From positions 1-64,000 of the IMG/VR virus record IMGVR_UViG_3300029444_000365: 64,000 nt of DNA; one strand, written 5' to 3'. Origin of the DNA: a virus. Under the pieces are notes generated by a model that saw only the letters and a list, made by a program, of their open reading frames with translations, did not search any database and was not told the origin of the DNA. Numbering within the stretch: position 1 is the first letter of the stretch; each line of letters starts with the position of its first letter. This document shows positions 9,048-18,133 of this stretch, one piece after another. The translations under genes and the position numbers were made by a program.

Positions 9048-9611
9048 TTATTCTCCTTCTAAATAACAGATTGGTACTTCTTTTGTAAGCCATACACCAT
9101 TTTGAGATAAAAAGAATTTATATCCGTCATTATACATATCTTTTGCTCGAACCTTATAAATAAACGGTTCTCCATGTCTACTGCCAACATTTGTTGCTGT
9201 TTCAATATCTTTTGATAGATGAACATATAAACGGCTCTTAGAGATTAATCCTTGTTTGTTGATTGAAGAACAATATTTGACACCTGTTCCATGATATAAA
9301 ATATCTGGTGGCATACACTCTTTTAATTCTACATCAACTTTTATAGAATGACCTTGATTTGCTCTTATAAGCGTCTTTTCTCGATTAAATGAATATCTCT
9401 GTTTAGAATCTTCTTCTACAATTTTCTCAAGCATTTTCATTGTAATCGTCTGAGTTTTATTGATTCCTTTTAATAGATCTGACACGTTAGCCCAACCATG
9501 TTTGTCTAATGTGATACCGATAACATCAGGTCTGTGTCTAAGAATTAATGCTATGTATTTGCTTAAATTATTTTGCTCTTTATTCGTCATAATGTTATCT
9601 CCATTCTCCAA
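9048..9611 (-). CDS. kptA: RNA 2'-phosphotransferase KptA/Tpt1 (NAD-dependent)
   Basis: LSKYIALILRHRP, HGT, RLYVHLS motifs; 187 aa. Confidence 0.8.
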   Translation of the reverse strand: MENGDNIMTNKEQNNLSKYIALILRHRPDVIGITLDKHGWANVSDLLKGINKTQTITMKMLEKIVEEDSKQRYSFNREKTLIRANQGHSIKVDVELKECMPPDILYHGTGVKYCSSINKQGLISKSRLYVHLSKDIETATNVGSRHGEPFIYKVRAKDMYNDGYKFFLSQNGVWLTKEVPICYLEGE

Positions 9612-9831
9612 TATACTCAGAACATTCTTTTTTGAATTTTTCCAATATATGTATTAAGCTATCTATTTCATAAGAATCCTTAAATGTTATTTCAATTATT
9701 TCAGGCTTAGATATATCAATATTGTCAGTAGTGTAGGGCAATGGTTTCATAAAGCAATCAAATCTGACGTTCAACCCTTTATGTGTCAATCTTATTTGAT
9801 TGACATTTTCTTTATTTCCAACAACCTTCAA
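9595..9831 (-). CDS. hypothetical protein (78 aa)
   Basis: ORF overlapping Tpt1 start region. Confidence 0.45.
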   Translation of the reverse strand: MKVVGNKENVNQIRLTHKGLNVRFDCFMKPLPYTTDNIDISKPEIIEITFKDSYEIDSLIHILEKFKKECSEYIGEWR

Positions 9832-9948
9832 ATAGATTTCACCTCCAAAATTCCATAAGAAATGTGCGTTTCTTTCTAATGCAAAATATATACCACATAT
9901 AGTATATATTGCTTATTTTTAATACTATATATGGTATATCCATAACAA

Positions 9949-10338
9949 TTATTCACTTAATTCTGCAAGTGCCTTATCCAGATCCTCATCAGACATATTT
10001 TCAAGTGCCGCATCCTGTCTCTTAGCTTTGATTTCAAGCAATCTCTGTCTCATCTCAGCATTTTTCTTAGCATCTTCTCTCTTCTTTTTCTCATCCAGCT
10101 TCACGCTAACAATATACTTAACAATTTCAATCTTGTTAGAAATCTCCTCGTCTTCCTTTGACTTAGTATTCAGAAGACTCTCTTCCTCAGACTTCTTTAC
10201 TTCCGCATTGAGTGTCTTGAATACTGAGTCCAGATTTGTGAGAGATAAATCCCACAAATCAATTACATTAATCATTCCTCTGAATGGGAACTGATAGTTT
10301 GCTCTTGTTGCATTAATAAATAATTCGTTGTTTGTCAT
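9949..10338 (-). CDS. hypothetical protein (129 aa), charged C-terminal coiled coil
   Basis: ORF in array. Confidence 0.5.
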   Translation of the reverse strand: MTNNELFINATRANYQFPFRGMINVIDLWDLSLTNLDSVFKTLNAEVKKSEEESLLNTKSKEDEEISNKIEIVKYIVSVKLDEKKKREDAKKNAEMRQRLLEIKAKRQDAALENMSDEDLDKALAELSE

Positions 10339-10356
10339 AATAATCTCCTTTTCTAA

Positions 10357-12414
10357 TTAAAACTTAATCTTCATTACACGCTCTGTTGCGCCCTTAACCT
10401 TAACAACTAAATCTGCTCTCTTTGTCATAGAGAATCCAATTCCTGAAAGCTGATCATCAGTATCTTCTACATGGCACTTAGCACCTAAAGCCTCAAATAC
10501 TCTCTTGTGCTTTTCAAGGTCACTCTTTAAGAACTCATTGTAATAGCCATTAGGATCTTCGCTATTTACACAATCCTTCAGGAAAAAGAATAAATGTCTA
10601 TGACCAATTCCATCCTGCTCATCAAAATAATTTGGACTATAACTAATTACTGATACAGGAACAAACTGATTAGTGCTTACACCCCAAATCTCACGACTTG
10701 AGATAGATGAACTTCCAGATAACTTTTCCTTAATTGAGAAGTTGCCATTCTTGTCAAGTGTTACCTCTGCCACCTGAACTTTCTCACCAGTTCTCATAGG
10801 ATTGCTATAATCAAATGAATAAATCTCTCCATTGAACTCAACTTCTGCTCTAAATCCATGTCTTACTGCACCTGAATACTGATGTACAAAGAACTTATAA
10901 ACACCTGGTTTCATTCTTGACAGGTCTTCCCAAGTAATATTCTCTACTGCAACCTTTCTATCTGGATGAATAATATCAACGTCTAACTGACCACCCATTC
11001 TTGAAACACTTGGCTTTCTACAATTACTAAAGAAAATTTCATTCTCATCTGGCTCAATACAATGTGCATCAAGGTCGTAATTATCATGACCATCTTCGTT
11101 CCACTGAATAGAAAATCTGAGTACACCGTCAACATTACCGCCAGCAGCTTTTACATTCTGTTTCATATCAGAATCAGTAATGTTTCCTGAATAAGCCCAA
11201 GACAATCCATTATTCCACTTGAACATTGTCTTAGCGTCTGGATTAACAGGTGCAACCATAGAAACAAAATTCTTCTCATGCTTATTCTCTACAAAAGCTT
11301 CAATTTCTTTTGCGGTTGGAAGTACCTTATCAATGAAATCCTGTGCTGAAATCTCTTCAACCTTAGAAAACTTCTTAGGACTTACAGCAACATCCTTTTC
11401 CATCTGACCAAAAATATCATCTGCACCAACCATTCTTCTTGCAGCACTCTTATTTGAGAACAGTACATTATTTACAGTAATATCATTCAGATTAGCAAAT
11501 CTTCTCTGTAATGAATCCATATATCCAAGCTCTGTAATGGTCTTCTTTGCATCCTCAAGCATTTTCTTTGTAAAAATAGCCTTTGGTCTTTTATAGTTGC
11601 TCGGTGCTGTAATCTGCTCATACTTCTTAACTGCTGTGTCAAGATCCATATCCTCACTTACATTAATAAGAAGTGTTCCAATAGAATGATTTCTAATTCT
11701 ACCGATAGCCATACCTGCTGTTACCGACTTCTCCCAAGCATATAAATCCTTTTCAGTATCAGAAGTCAGCTTATCATATTCTTTCTTATACTTCTTGAAC
11801 TCTGTGAGTACACCTTTCCACTCTTCGCCCTTGTAAAGTGTATTTGAATTGATAAGTTCAAGAATTGTATCGAGTGCATCCATAGTAATTTCATCAAGAG
11901 AACGCTTAAATACATTTCTTGTGTCTCTGAACTGTCCCTTAACTTCCTCGTTTGAACGGCTACTTCTATTTACGAACTTGCTTGGAAGTTCTAAGAAAAA
12001 GTGATCCCACTGATGAGACTTTCCATTGATTTCCTCAAAATTAAAATCTGTACCAATCTTAGGGAACTTAGTTGTATAAATATCTGTAACTGTATGAGCT
12101 TTTACGAAAGCATCAAGTGCATCACATACTGGCTGATATGTTGTATCACCAAGATTCAGTTCCCAAATCGTATGAATCTGGTTATCCTTGATAGTTACAG
12201 CAGAACCAATATTCTTAATAAACTGTCTACAACAACTACAATCATGTTCTCTACGCTCTCTGAAAATCTCATTTGTACCAGCAGGGAAGCTATCAAGATA
12301 TGTATTCCATAATTCATCCTTATCTACATTTACCTCAAATAAATGTGTTGCCTCTTTCTGCATTTCATCGAAGTGCTTCTGTAATGCCTTCTTAAATTTC
12401 ATAAATCCATCCAT
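10357..12414 (-). CDS. large hypothetical protein (685 aa)
   Basis: long uninterrupted ORF; CSCC cluster near N-terminus; no family recognised. Confidence 0.6.
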   Translation of the reverse strand: MDGFMKFKKALQKHFDEMQKEATHLFEVNVDKDELWNTYLDSFPAGTNEIFRERREHDCSCCRQFIKNIGSAVTIKDNQIHTIWELNLGDTTYQPVCDALDAFVKAHTVTDIYTTKFPKIGTDFNFEEINGKSHQWDHFFLELPSKFVNRSSRSNEEVKGQFRDTRNVFKRSLDEITMDALDTILELINSNTLYKGEEWKGVLTEFKKYKKEYDKLTSDTEKDLYAWEKSVTAGMAIGRIRNHSIGTLLINVSEDMDLDTAVKKYEQITAPSNYKRPKAIFTKKMLEDAKKTITELGYMDSLQRRFANLNDITVNNVLFSNKSAARRMVGADDIFGQMEKDVAVSPKKFSKVEEISAQDFIDKVLPTAKEIEAFVENKHEKNFVSMVAPVNPDAKTMFKWNNGLSWAYSGNITDSDMKQNVKAAGGNVDGVLRFSIQWNEDGHDNYDLDAHCIEPDENEIFFSNCRKPSVSRMGGQLDVDIIHPDRKVAVENITWEDLSRMKPGVYKFFVHQYSGAVRHGFRAEVEFNGEIYSFDYSNPMRTGEKVQVAEVTLDKNGNFSIKEKLSGSSSISSREIWGVSTNQFVPVSVISYSPNYFDEQDGIGHRHLFFFLKDCVNSEDPNGYYNEFLKSDLEKHKRVFEALGAKCHVEDTDDQLSGIGFSMTKRADLVVKVKGATERVMKIKF

Positions 12415-12515
12415 GTTTTGTACCTCTTCTTTCTTATATTTATTTTTGTTAATTGTTTCTACTATTATATTCTCCGTTTTATAAATTAAAAGGTCTGTTT
12501 TATTACCCTTTGAAT

Positions 12516-12545
12516 GAGTTAGTAGGCTATGACACCTACTAACTC
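12516..12545. other. perfect 11-bp inverted repeat hairpin (GAGTTAGTAGG / CCTACTAACTC, 8-nt loop) at 3' end of transporter operon
   Basis: seen directly; T-rich only on plus side, so not a canonical minus-strand intrinsic terminator. Confidence 0.4.
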
Positions 12546-12550
12546 TTGAA

Positions 12551-12643
12551 TTATTTATTCTTCTTACGTTTTCCTACAATAAAACCTGCTCCAAAGCATA
12601 CACCAAGACAGATTACGAAAACTCCAATGTTTAATACAATCAT
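12551..12643 (-). CDS. small hydrophobic peptide (30 aa, MIVLNIGVFVICLGVCFGAGFIVGKRKKNK)
   Basis: AGGTGA RBS, single TM helix plus basic tail; below track cutoff. Confidence 0.3.
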   Translation of the reverse strand: MIVLNIGVFVICLGVCFGAGFIVGKRKKNK

Positions 12644-12651
12644 ATTGTCAC

Positions 12652-14235
12652 CTACTCAATAATCTTAAATGATACATCTGTTCTTCTATTCATTGCACGA
12701 TGTTCCTCTGTATCATTATCTATTACAGGATTGCTTGAACCGTTACCAACAGTTACGATTCTATCTGCTGAAATACCATTCATAATGAAGTAATTCTTAA
12801 CAGCTTCCGCTCTCTGGGCTGATAACTTCTGATTGTACTCGTCCTGCGGATCTGAATTTGGATTAGGATCTGTATTACCAGCAATCTCAATAATTGCTCC
12901 ATCGAGTACATTTGCAATATCAATAAATTTATTAAGCTCCTCGGATGCGGCGGCTGAATCTGTAAACTGGGCTGTATTCTTATTAAATGTTACCGAAGCA
13001 GATCCACTTAATAATGCCTCCGTATCCTGTACTTCCTGCTTATTATCATCTGTTACCTTTACTGTGTCTGTGTTAGATACATCTGTAGCATTAAACTTGT
13101 CTGCAATGGCATTAATATATGTATCATCAAAAATTGTATCTACTAAATCAGCATTTACAGTCTCACCAATTGATGTCCAAACATTGCACATATCTGAATA
13201 AATAGTCTTTGCTGTGCCATTTAATAAATCAGAATTGTCTTTCCAAGTTGTGAGTTTTGCAGTAGCTGCACTTCCTGCAATATCTTCATCAGATGCAGTA
13301 TTGAACATTGGCATTACTTCTCTGATTGCTGTAAACTCATTGTCGTACATATCGGATGCTTCAAGAGAACCCTGAACAAATTTCTCTACTATCTCTGGAT
13401 ATGCCTCTGCAAAATTCTTATCAAATAAAATTCCATCCATTACAAGATTTGTTGAGCTTGCTGTACTAAATAATACATGTGCATCTGTCATATTCTGTGC
13501 CTGTGTTAAATAAGGCTCCCATGTAGCAGCTACATCAACTTGTCCTGCAAAAAATGCTTTTGCTGTATCATCTGCTGTTGAGAATAATACAAGATTATCA
13601 ATAATATCAGATTTCTCATCGTCTGATAAATCAGAATTATTAACAAACCAAATAACTAATGTCTGTGCCTCTGAAAACTCAGGGACACCAATTTTTGCAC
13701 CAACTAAATCTTTTACTGAATTAATTGATGATTTGGCAATAATACCATCACCACCATTTGAGTAGTTTGTAATATATGGCATAATTACATCTTCACCAGC
13801 TTCTGTAAACTTTTGTGATAAAAATGCTGTTCTATTGATTGTATAGCCTGCCGCATTTAAATCACCTTTAATAAGGGCGTTGCTTGACTGTGTAGCATCA
13901 TTAATAACATTGATATTTACATTGATACCGAGTTTTCCATAAATAGAATCTGGCTGTGTTGTAAGTCCACCATTAGCGTCAATAATAGATTTCCAGCCAA
14001 TCCACTCATCTAATGAAAGATTAATAGTTCCGTCACTATTAGCTTTCTTTTTATTAGAACTAGAAGATGTTGTGCCAGTTACTTTGTTCCCTGCATTACT
14101 TATCGAAGTGTTACTCTTGGTTTTAATTAACCCTGTCTTTACACCAGCGAAAACACCACCACCAATTAATGCAATAACCAAAACCATAATTAAAATTTTT
14201 GAAGCTTTGGTAAGTCTAAATCTTTTTGTACTCAT
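12652..14235 (-). CDS. TM-anchored NMT1/SsuA-like substrate-binding protein fused to C-terminal OmpA-like peptidoglycan-binding domain
   Basis: N-terminal TM helix; SBP-like body; C-terminus AIIEIAGNTDPNPN...NQKLSAQRAEAVKNYF...NRRTDVSF matches OmpA/MotB C-domain consensus. Confidence 0.65.
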   Translation of the reverse strand: MSTKRFRLTKASKILIMVLVIALIGGGVFAGVKTGLIKTKSNTSISNAGNKVTGTTSSSSNKKKANSDGTINLSLDEWIGWKSIIDANGGLTTQPDSIYGKLGINVNINVINDATQSSNALIKGDLNAAGYTINRTAFLSQKFTEAGEDVIMPYITNYSNGGDGIIAKSSINSVKDLVGAKIGVPEFSEAQTLVIWFVNNSDLSDDEKSDIIDNLVLFSTADDTAKAFFAGQVDVAATWEPYLTQAQNMTDAHVLFSTASSTNLVMDGILFDKNFAEAYPEIVEKFVQGSLEASDMYDNEFTAIREVMPMFNTASDEDIAGSAATAKLTTWKDNSDLLNGTAKTIYSDMCNVWTSIGETVNADLVDTIFDDTYINAIADKFNATDVSNTDTVKVTDDNKQEVQDTEALLSGSASVTFNKNTAQFTDSAAASEELNKFIDIANVLDGAIIEIAGNTDPNPNSDPQDEYNQKLSAQRAEAVKNYFIMNGISADRIVTVGNGSSNPVIDNDTEEHRAMNRRTDVSFKIIE

Positions 14236-14250
14236 TCCATTCTCTCCTTA

Positions 14251-14988
14251 TTATTTGTTGTATTTTTTCTTTAAACTGTCTAAATAATCATTACTGCTAT
14301 TCTTTTTAGCTTCGACTTCTGCTTTTGCAAGTTTCGTAGACATCTTGTTATTATGTACTACTTTTGAACCCTCAACAATTGCATCTAAGTCTTTATTCTT
14401 ATCTCTGACAGAATCAAGAAGTTTATCAGTTGCAGTTACATTTTTTAACTCGTCCATATCATCATAGACTTCCTGTAACTGTTTCTTCACTTTCATATTC
14501 TCCACAACTTCCTTACTTTCTCTCTTTAATTTGCGGAGATTCTTTTCACACATTTCCTGTGCTTCTTTTGCAGTGTTAGCTGCGTCTTCATATGCTTTAA
14601 CTAATTCTGAATATCTCCTGATATCAGCCATAATCTCTTCTCTCTCATCAGCTTTTAACTGTGCTAACTCTATCTTATTTGCTTTTACAAGAGATTCACA
14701 TTCAGATTCGACCTTCTCAAGCTTTGCTTTGAGATTCTTCATATCTTTTTGTGCATTGCTTAATTTACCAGCAGCTACCTTGTAAGCATTATCCGCTTTG
14801 TTATAAGCGTCTTGTGCCTGATCAATTTTTTCACCATAAATAGCCTCCGCACCTTCTGGGGTTGTAGCCATATCTTTGATAAACAGTCTCGTAATTCCCG
14901 AAAATAATGTTCTTACTTCAGGAAATAAAATAAAAATCAAAATAATAACTGCAACTACCAAAATCACAATAAGTTTTCCAAGATCCAT
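14251..14988 (-). CDS. PspA/IM30-like coiled-coil protein with N-terminal TM helix
   Basis: TM helix then LFSGITRLFIKDM..PEGAEAIYGEKIDQAQ resembling PspA N-terminus; long coiled coil. Confidence 0.45.
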   Translation of the reverse strand: MDLGKLIVILVVAVIILIFILFPEVRTLFSGITRLFIKDMATTPEGAEAIYGEKIDQAQDAYNKADNAYKVAAGKLSNAQKDMKNLKAKLEKVESECESLVKANKIELAQLKADEREEIMADIRRYSELVKAYEDAANTAKEAQEMCEKNLRKLKRESKEVVENMKVKKQLQEVYDDMDELKNVTATDKLLDSVRDKNKDLDAIVEGSKVVHNNKMSTKLAKAEVEAKKNSSNDYLDSLKKKYNK

Positions 14989-15518
14989 TAATTGTCTCCT
15001 CCTTCAATAAATTTAATTAATCCAGAAATTCTACCAACTTCTGTATTAATACTATTCTCTGAAACTTTCATCTCTGACTGCTGTTCAGAAATTTCTTTTT
15101 CCAATCTTGCAATCTCTTTTTTATGATTCTCAATTTCAGTTTCCTTATCAGCGACATTGGCATTTCCATCATCTAAGATTTTTGCCAATACACTATTTAA
15201 TACATCCACTCTCTGTTCGCCATCAAGTGTTACATCAGTAACCGTTAAGCCGAACACTCCAAGAGTTGCTAACACTGAACCTCTCTTTGTCTCTGTAACC
15301 ATTTCTTTTGGAAGAGAATTAATCAGTTCTTCAATTTTGAAAATTGATTTTGACCTATCAGATAACTCATTCTGAGCATAAATATCATCAATAAGAGTAT
15401 CTGTATGTACCTCGTCAAGTTCAACTGGAACTGTACTATCCTCTACAGAATAATCAGTGCCTACATCATAATTCTCTTCTTCTGGAACTTTCTCTACGAA
15501 AAAGTCTCTAAATCCCAT
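14988..15518 (-). CDS. hypothetical acidic coiled-coil protein (176 aa)
   Basis: ORF, 1-nt overlap with downstream gene. Confidence 0.5.
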   Translation of the reverse strand: MGFRDFFVEKVPEEENYDVGTDYSVEDSTVPVELDEVHTDTLIDDIYAQNELSDRSKSIFKIEELINSLPKEMVTETKRGSVLATLGVFGLTVTDVTLDGEQRVDVLNSVLAKILDDGNANVADKETEIENHKKEIARLEKEISEQQSEMKVSENSINTEVGRISGLIKFIEGGDN

Positions 15519-15535
15519 TTTGTTTCCTCCTTAAA

Positions 15536-16147
15536 TTAAAATTCTATAATCACGTCACACATTTTTTGTGCTTCTTCTTTGCTATGTGTAACCATAATTA
15601 TTGTGTTATTTGTTTCTTTATGCTGCTTGATAATCAAATCTTGCATTTTTTGTCTAGTTTCAATATCTAATGCAGATAATGGTTCATCCATAAGAATTAT
15701 TTCTGGATTCATAAATAATGTTCTTGCCAAAGCAAGTCTTTGTCTCATACCGCCTGATAGTTGTTTTGGATATTTATTTTCGTTATCTTTCAATCCAACA
15801 ATAGAAATCATTTCTTTTGCTCTATCAATATCACACTTATTTATTCTCCCTTTGACTTTCTGTGCTATCAGAATATTATCCAAACACTTTAACCAATCAA
15901 ATGAAGTATAATTTTGATGCATCATGTAAATATTATTTTTACTTGCCTTAGTAACTAATTCTCCATTTACAACTACATTTCCACTTAAAGGCTTAATAAG
16001 ACCTGCGATTGTTCTTAACAAAGTTGTTTTCCCACAACCAGATTCACCTAATATCCCATAGATCTTAGGATCAAATTGATAGTTGAAATTCTTCAATAAA
16101 GGCTTGTCTCTGCTATACCCTGTATATAACTCATTTAACTTAACCAT
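15536..16147 (-). CDS. ABC transporter ATP-binding protein
   Basis: Walker A GESGCGKTT, signature LSGGMRQR, Walker B ILMDEPLSALD, H-loop VTHS. Confidence 0.8.
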   Translation of the reverse strand: MVKLNELYTGYSRDKPLLKNFNYQFDPKIYGILGESGCGKTTLLRTIAGLIKPLSGNVVVNGELVTKASKNNIYMMHQNYTSFDWLKCLDNILIAQKVKGRINKCDIDRAKEMISIVGLKDNENKYPKQLSGGMRQRLALARTLFMNPEIILMDEPLSALDIETRQKMQDLIIKQHKETNNTIIMVTHSKEEAQKMCDVIIEF

Positions 16148-16886
16148 TTATATACCTCCATTTAAAAATGTGTTTTACTAACCATTTTGCAGAAAAATCA
16201 AATATAACACTTATAATCATGATTACGATAATAGCCATAAAAACCAAATCTGTTCTTCCTCTTGAAGAAGATTGTTGAATTATATAACCCAATCCATATT
16301 TTGCATTAATTGTTTCTGCTACTGCTATATATGTAAATCCAATTCCATACATCATGATAAAACTATTTAATACTCCTGGTAGAGATGCTGGTATCTGTAT
16401 TCTCCAAATAGTTTGTATCTTATTCATTCCGATTGTTAATCCTGTATCAATCAAATCACTACTGACTTCCTCTAAACATAAAATAACTGAAGGCATCATG
16501 TATACAAAAGTTGCGATAAATAAAAATACTATTTTCATCATTTCGTCTATACCAAACCACATAATCAGTAGAGGATAAAAAGCTGTGACAGGAATGTATC
16601 TCATAACACTGATAATCGGATTTAATATATCTTTTGCTACTTTTGAGTTATAAACTAAAATTGCAATAGGAAATGCAATAAATCCTGATACAAAAGTTGC
16701 TATAGTTATTCTCAAAAACGAATATTTAATAGCCATTATCAACTGTCCAGTTTTCAACATTGCAATTAAATCTTTAAATACTGTCTTTGGATCTGGAACA
16801 AATAATTGATTTACATGTTGTGAAGCAATACTCCAAATTATAAAAATAGTCATTAGTAATGCTATTCTTTTTAAAATAATTTTCAC
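16140..16886 (-). CDS. ABC transporter permease, NitT/TauT (SsuC/TauC) family
   Basis: 6 TM segments, EAA-like loop VAETINAKYGLGYII...RGRTDLVF. Confidence 0.75.
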   Translation of the reverse strand: MKIILKRIALLMTIFIIWSIASQHVNQLFVPDPKTVFKDLIAMLKTGQLIMAIKYSFLRITIATFVSGFIAFPIAILVYNSKVAKDILNPIISVMRYIPVTAFYPLLIMWFGIDEMMKIVFLFIATFVYMMPSVILCLEEVSSDLIDTGLTIGMNKIQTIWRIQIPASLPGVLNSFIMMYGIGFTYIAVAETINAKYGLGYIIQQSSSRGRTDLVFMAIIVIMIISVIFDFSAKWLVKHIFKWRYING

Positions 16887-16985
16887 ATTCTCACCTCTTT
16901 CTATATCTATATTCTCTTTTTAATTTGGGAATTTTATTGAGCTGAATCACTCAGAAATTTTTTACAATGAAACGAAGTTTTCTTG

Positions 16986-17273
16986 TTACTTATTGTAGAT
17001 ATAGTCAGCATTTCTAAACAATATATTTGGAAATATATTTACAGCAACATTACGAAGTGCTACAAACAAATCCCCTCTCTCATCTACACATGAATCATGT
17101 CCATCAACTGTCTTAAATACATTTAACTCATCATCGGAATTTTTATATACAAAGTAATCAGTATCCTCATCAAGAACAAAACCTATATGTAAAGTTTCAC
17201 ATAAAATTCTAAATGCTTCTGCTGAATCAATATCTATAGTACATATTGCTTTTGTATTAACATTTATTTCCAT
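16986..17273 (-). CDS. hypothetical protein (95 aa)
   Basis: ORF in array. Confidence 0.45.
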   Translation of the reverse strand: MEINVNTKAICTIDIDSAEAFRILCETLHIGFVLDEDTDYFVYKNSDDELNVFKTVDGHDSCVDERGDLFVALRNVAVNIFPNILFRNADYIYNK

Positions 17274-17287
17274 TTGTTTCCTCTTAA

Positions 17288-17500
17288 TTATCTCTTATAC
17301 TCTATCCACCTATCTGAACCCTTGAACTTCACTTTAATCTTCGTAGGACATCCATCTGGGATAGATTTTAATGATTTATAATCGCCTATAATTGTTGCTG
17401 TTTCCAAAGCCTTGTGATTCTTCTCACATTCCATTGCTTTTTCTTTATCTGCATAATCAGTATTACAGAACTGACAAGTATATAATGTCTTTGTAACCAT
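17288..17500 (-). CDS. hypothetical zinc-ribbon protein (70 aa)
   Basis: CQFC...CEKNH / C-pairs. Confidence 0.45.
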   Translation of the reverse strand: MVTKTLYTCQFCNTDYADKEKAMECEKNHKALETATIIGDYKSLKSIPDGCPTKIKVKFKGSDRWIEYKR

Positions 17501-17518
17501 ATAAATCTCCTTTCCAAT

Positions 17519-17725
17519 TTACCAAATTCCATTTACCGTCTTATCAATAGCTTCCCTCATTACACCACCAGTCATTTTATTCATTGTATCCGCAACAAGA
17601 CCTTTAAACTCTGCTCTTATTCGTTTATTATGATGAGTACATGGCGTTGAACAATAATTATTTCTTCTACATTTTTCACAGTTACCATTCAATTTCCACT
17701 GTTCATTTTCCTGAATCTGTTCCAT
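17519..17725 (-). CDS. hypothetical Cys-rich protein (68 aa)
   Basis: CEKCRR..CSTPCTHH. Confidence 0.45.
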   Translation of the reverse strand: MEQIQENEQWKLNGNCEKCRRNNYCSTPCTHHNKRIRAEFKGLVADTMNKMTGGVMREAIDKTVNGIW

Positions 17726-17766
17726 AATATTCGTATGTTCCTTTCAAAGTTATATATTTATTCTGC

Positions 17767-18096
17767 CTAATATTGCTCTGCTATATCATCATATTCTCTT
17801 GAAAGATATCCAACTAAATCCTTATAAATATCTAACTGATGTTCATGTAAATAATTACATAGTTCAATATCTGTATTGAAAAACTCTTCAATAGCTGTAG
17901 AATTAGCCCATCTATCAAAAGCGCTTCTTGTTGAAACTCTAAGCATCCATCTGTTTTTAGTTCCACTATGAGGCTCTACTACCATAAAAATAACTGTATC
18001 TGTTCTTGCTTCTAAATGACCTTCGTATTCGTCAATCTCGTAATTCTGACCATTATTCATTTGGTCGTTCTCAAACCATCTTCTTATATTTTCCAT
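17767..18096 (-). CDS. hypothetical protein (109 aa)
   Basis: ORF; preceded by conserved 5'UTR motif. Confidence 0.5.
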   Translation of the reverse strand: MENIRRWFENDQMNNGQNYEIDEYEGHLEARTDTVIFMVVEPHSGTKNRWMLRVSTRSAFDRWANSTAIEEFFNTDIELCNYLHEHQLDIYKDLVGYLSREYDDIAEQY

Positions 18097-18133
18097 TTCT
18101 TAACCTCTCTTCCAAAGAAATCGAACTTTCTTG

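Noticed and set aside
563-12484. Plus-strand track ORFs lying inside minus-strand genes (e.g. 563..778, 1723..1935, 2187..2390, 2612..2947, 4886..5077, 5693..6087, 6376..6612, 8777..9088, 10028..10294, 11219..11407, 12001..12484)
   Set aside because: Each is antisense to a longer, motif-supported or SD-supported minus-strand gene; no SD; typical shadow ORFs in AT-rich DNA.
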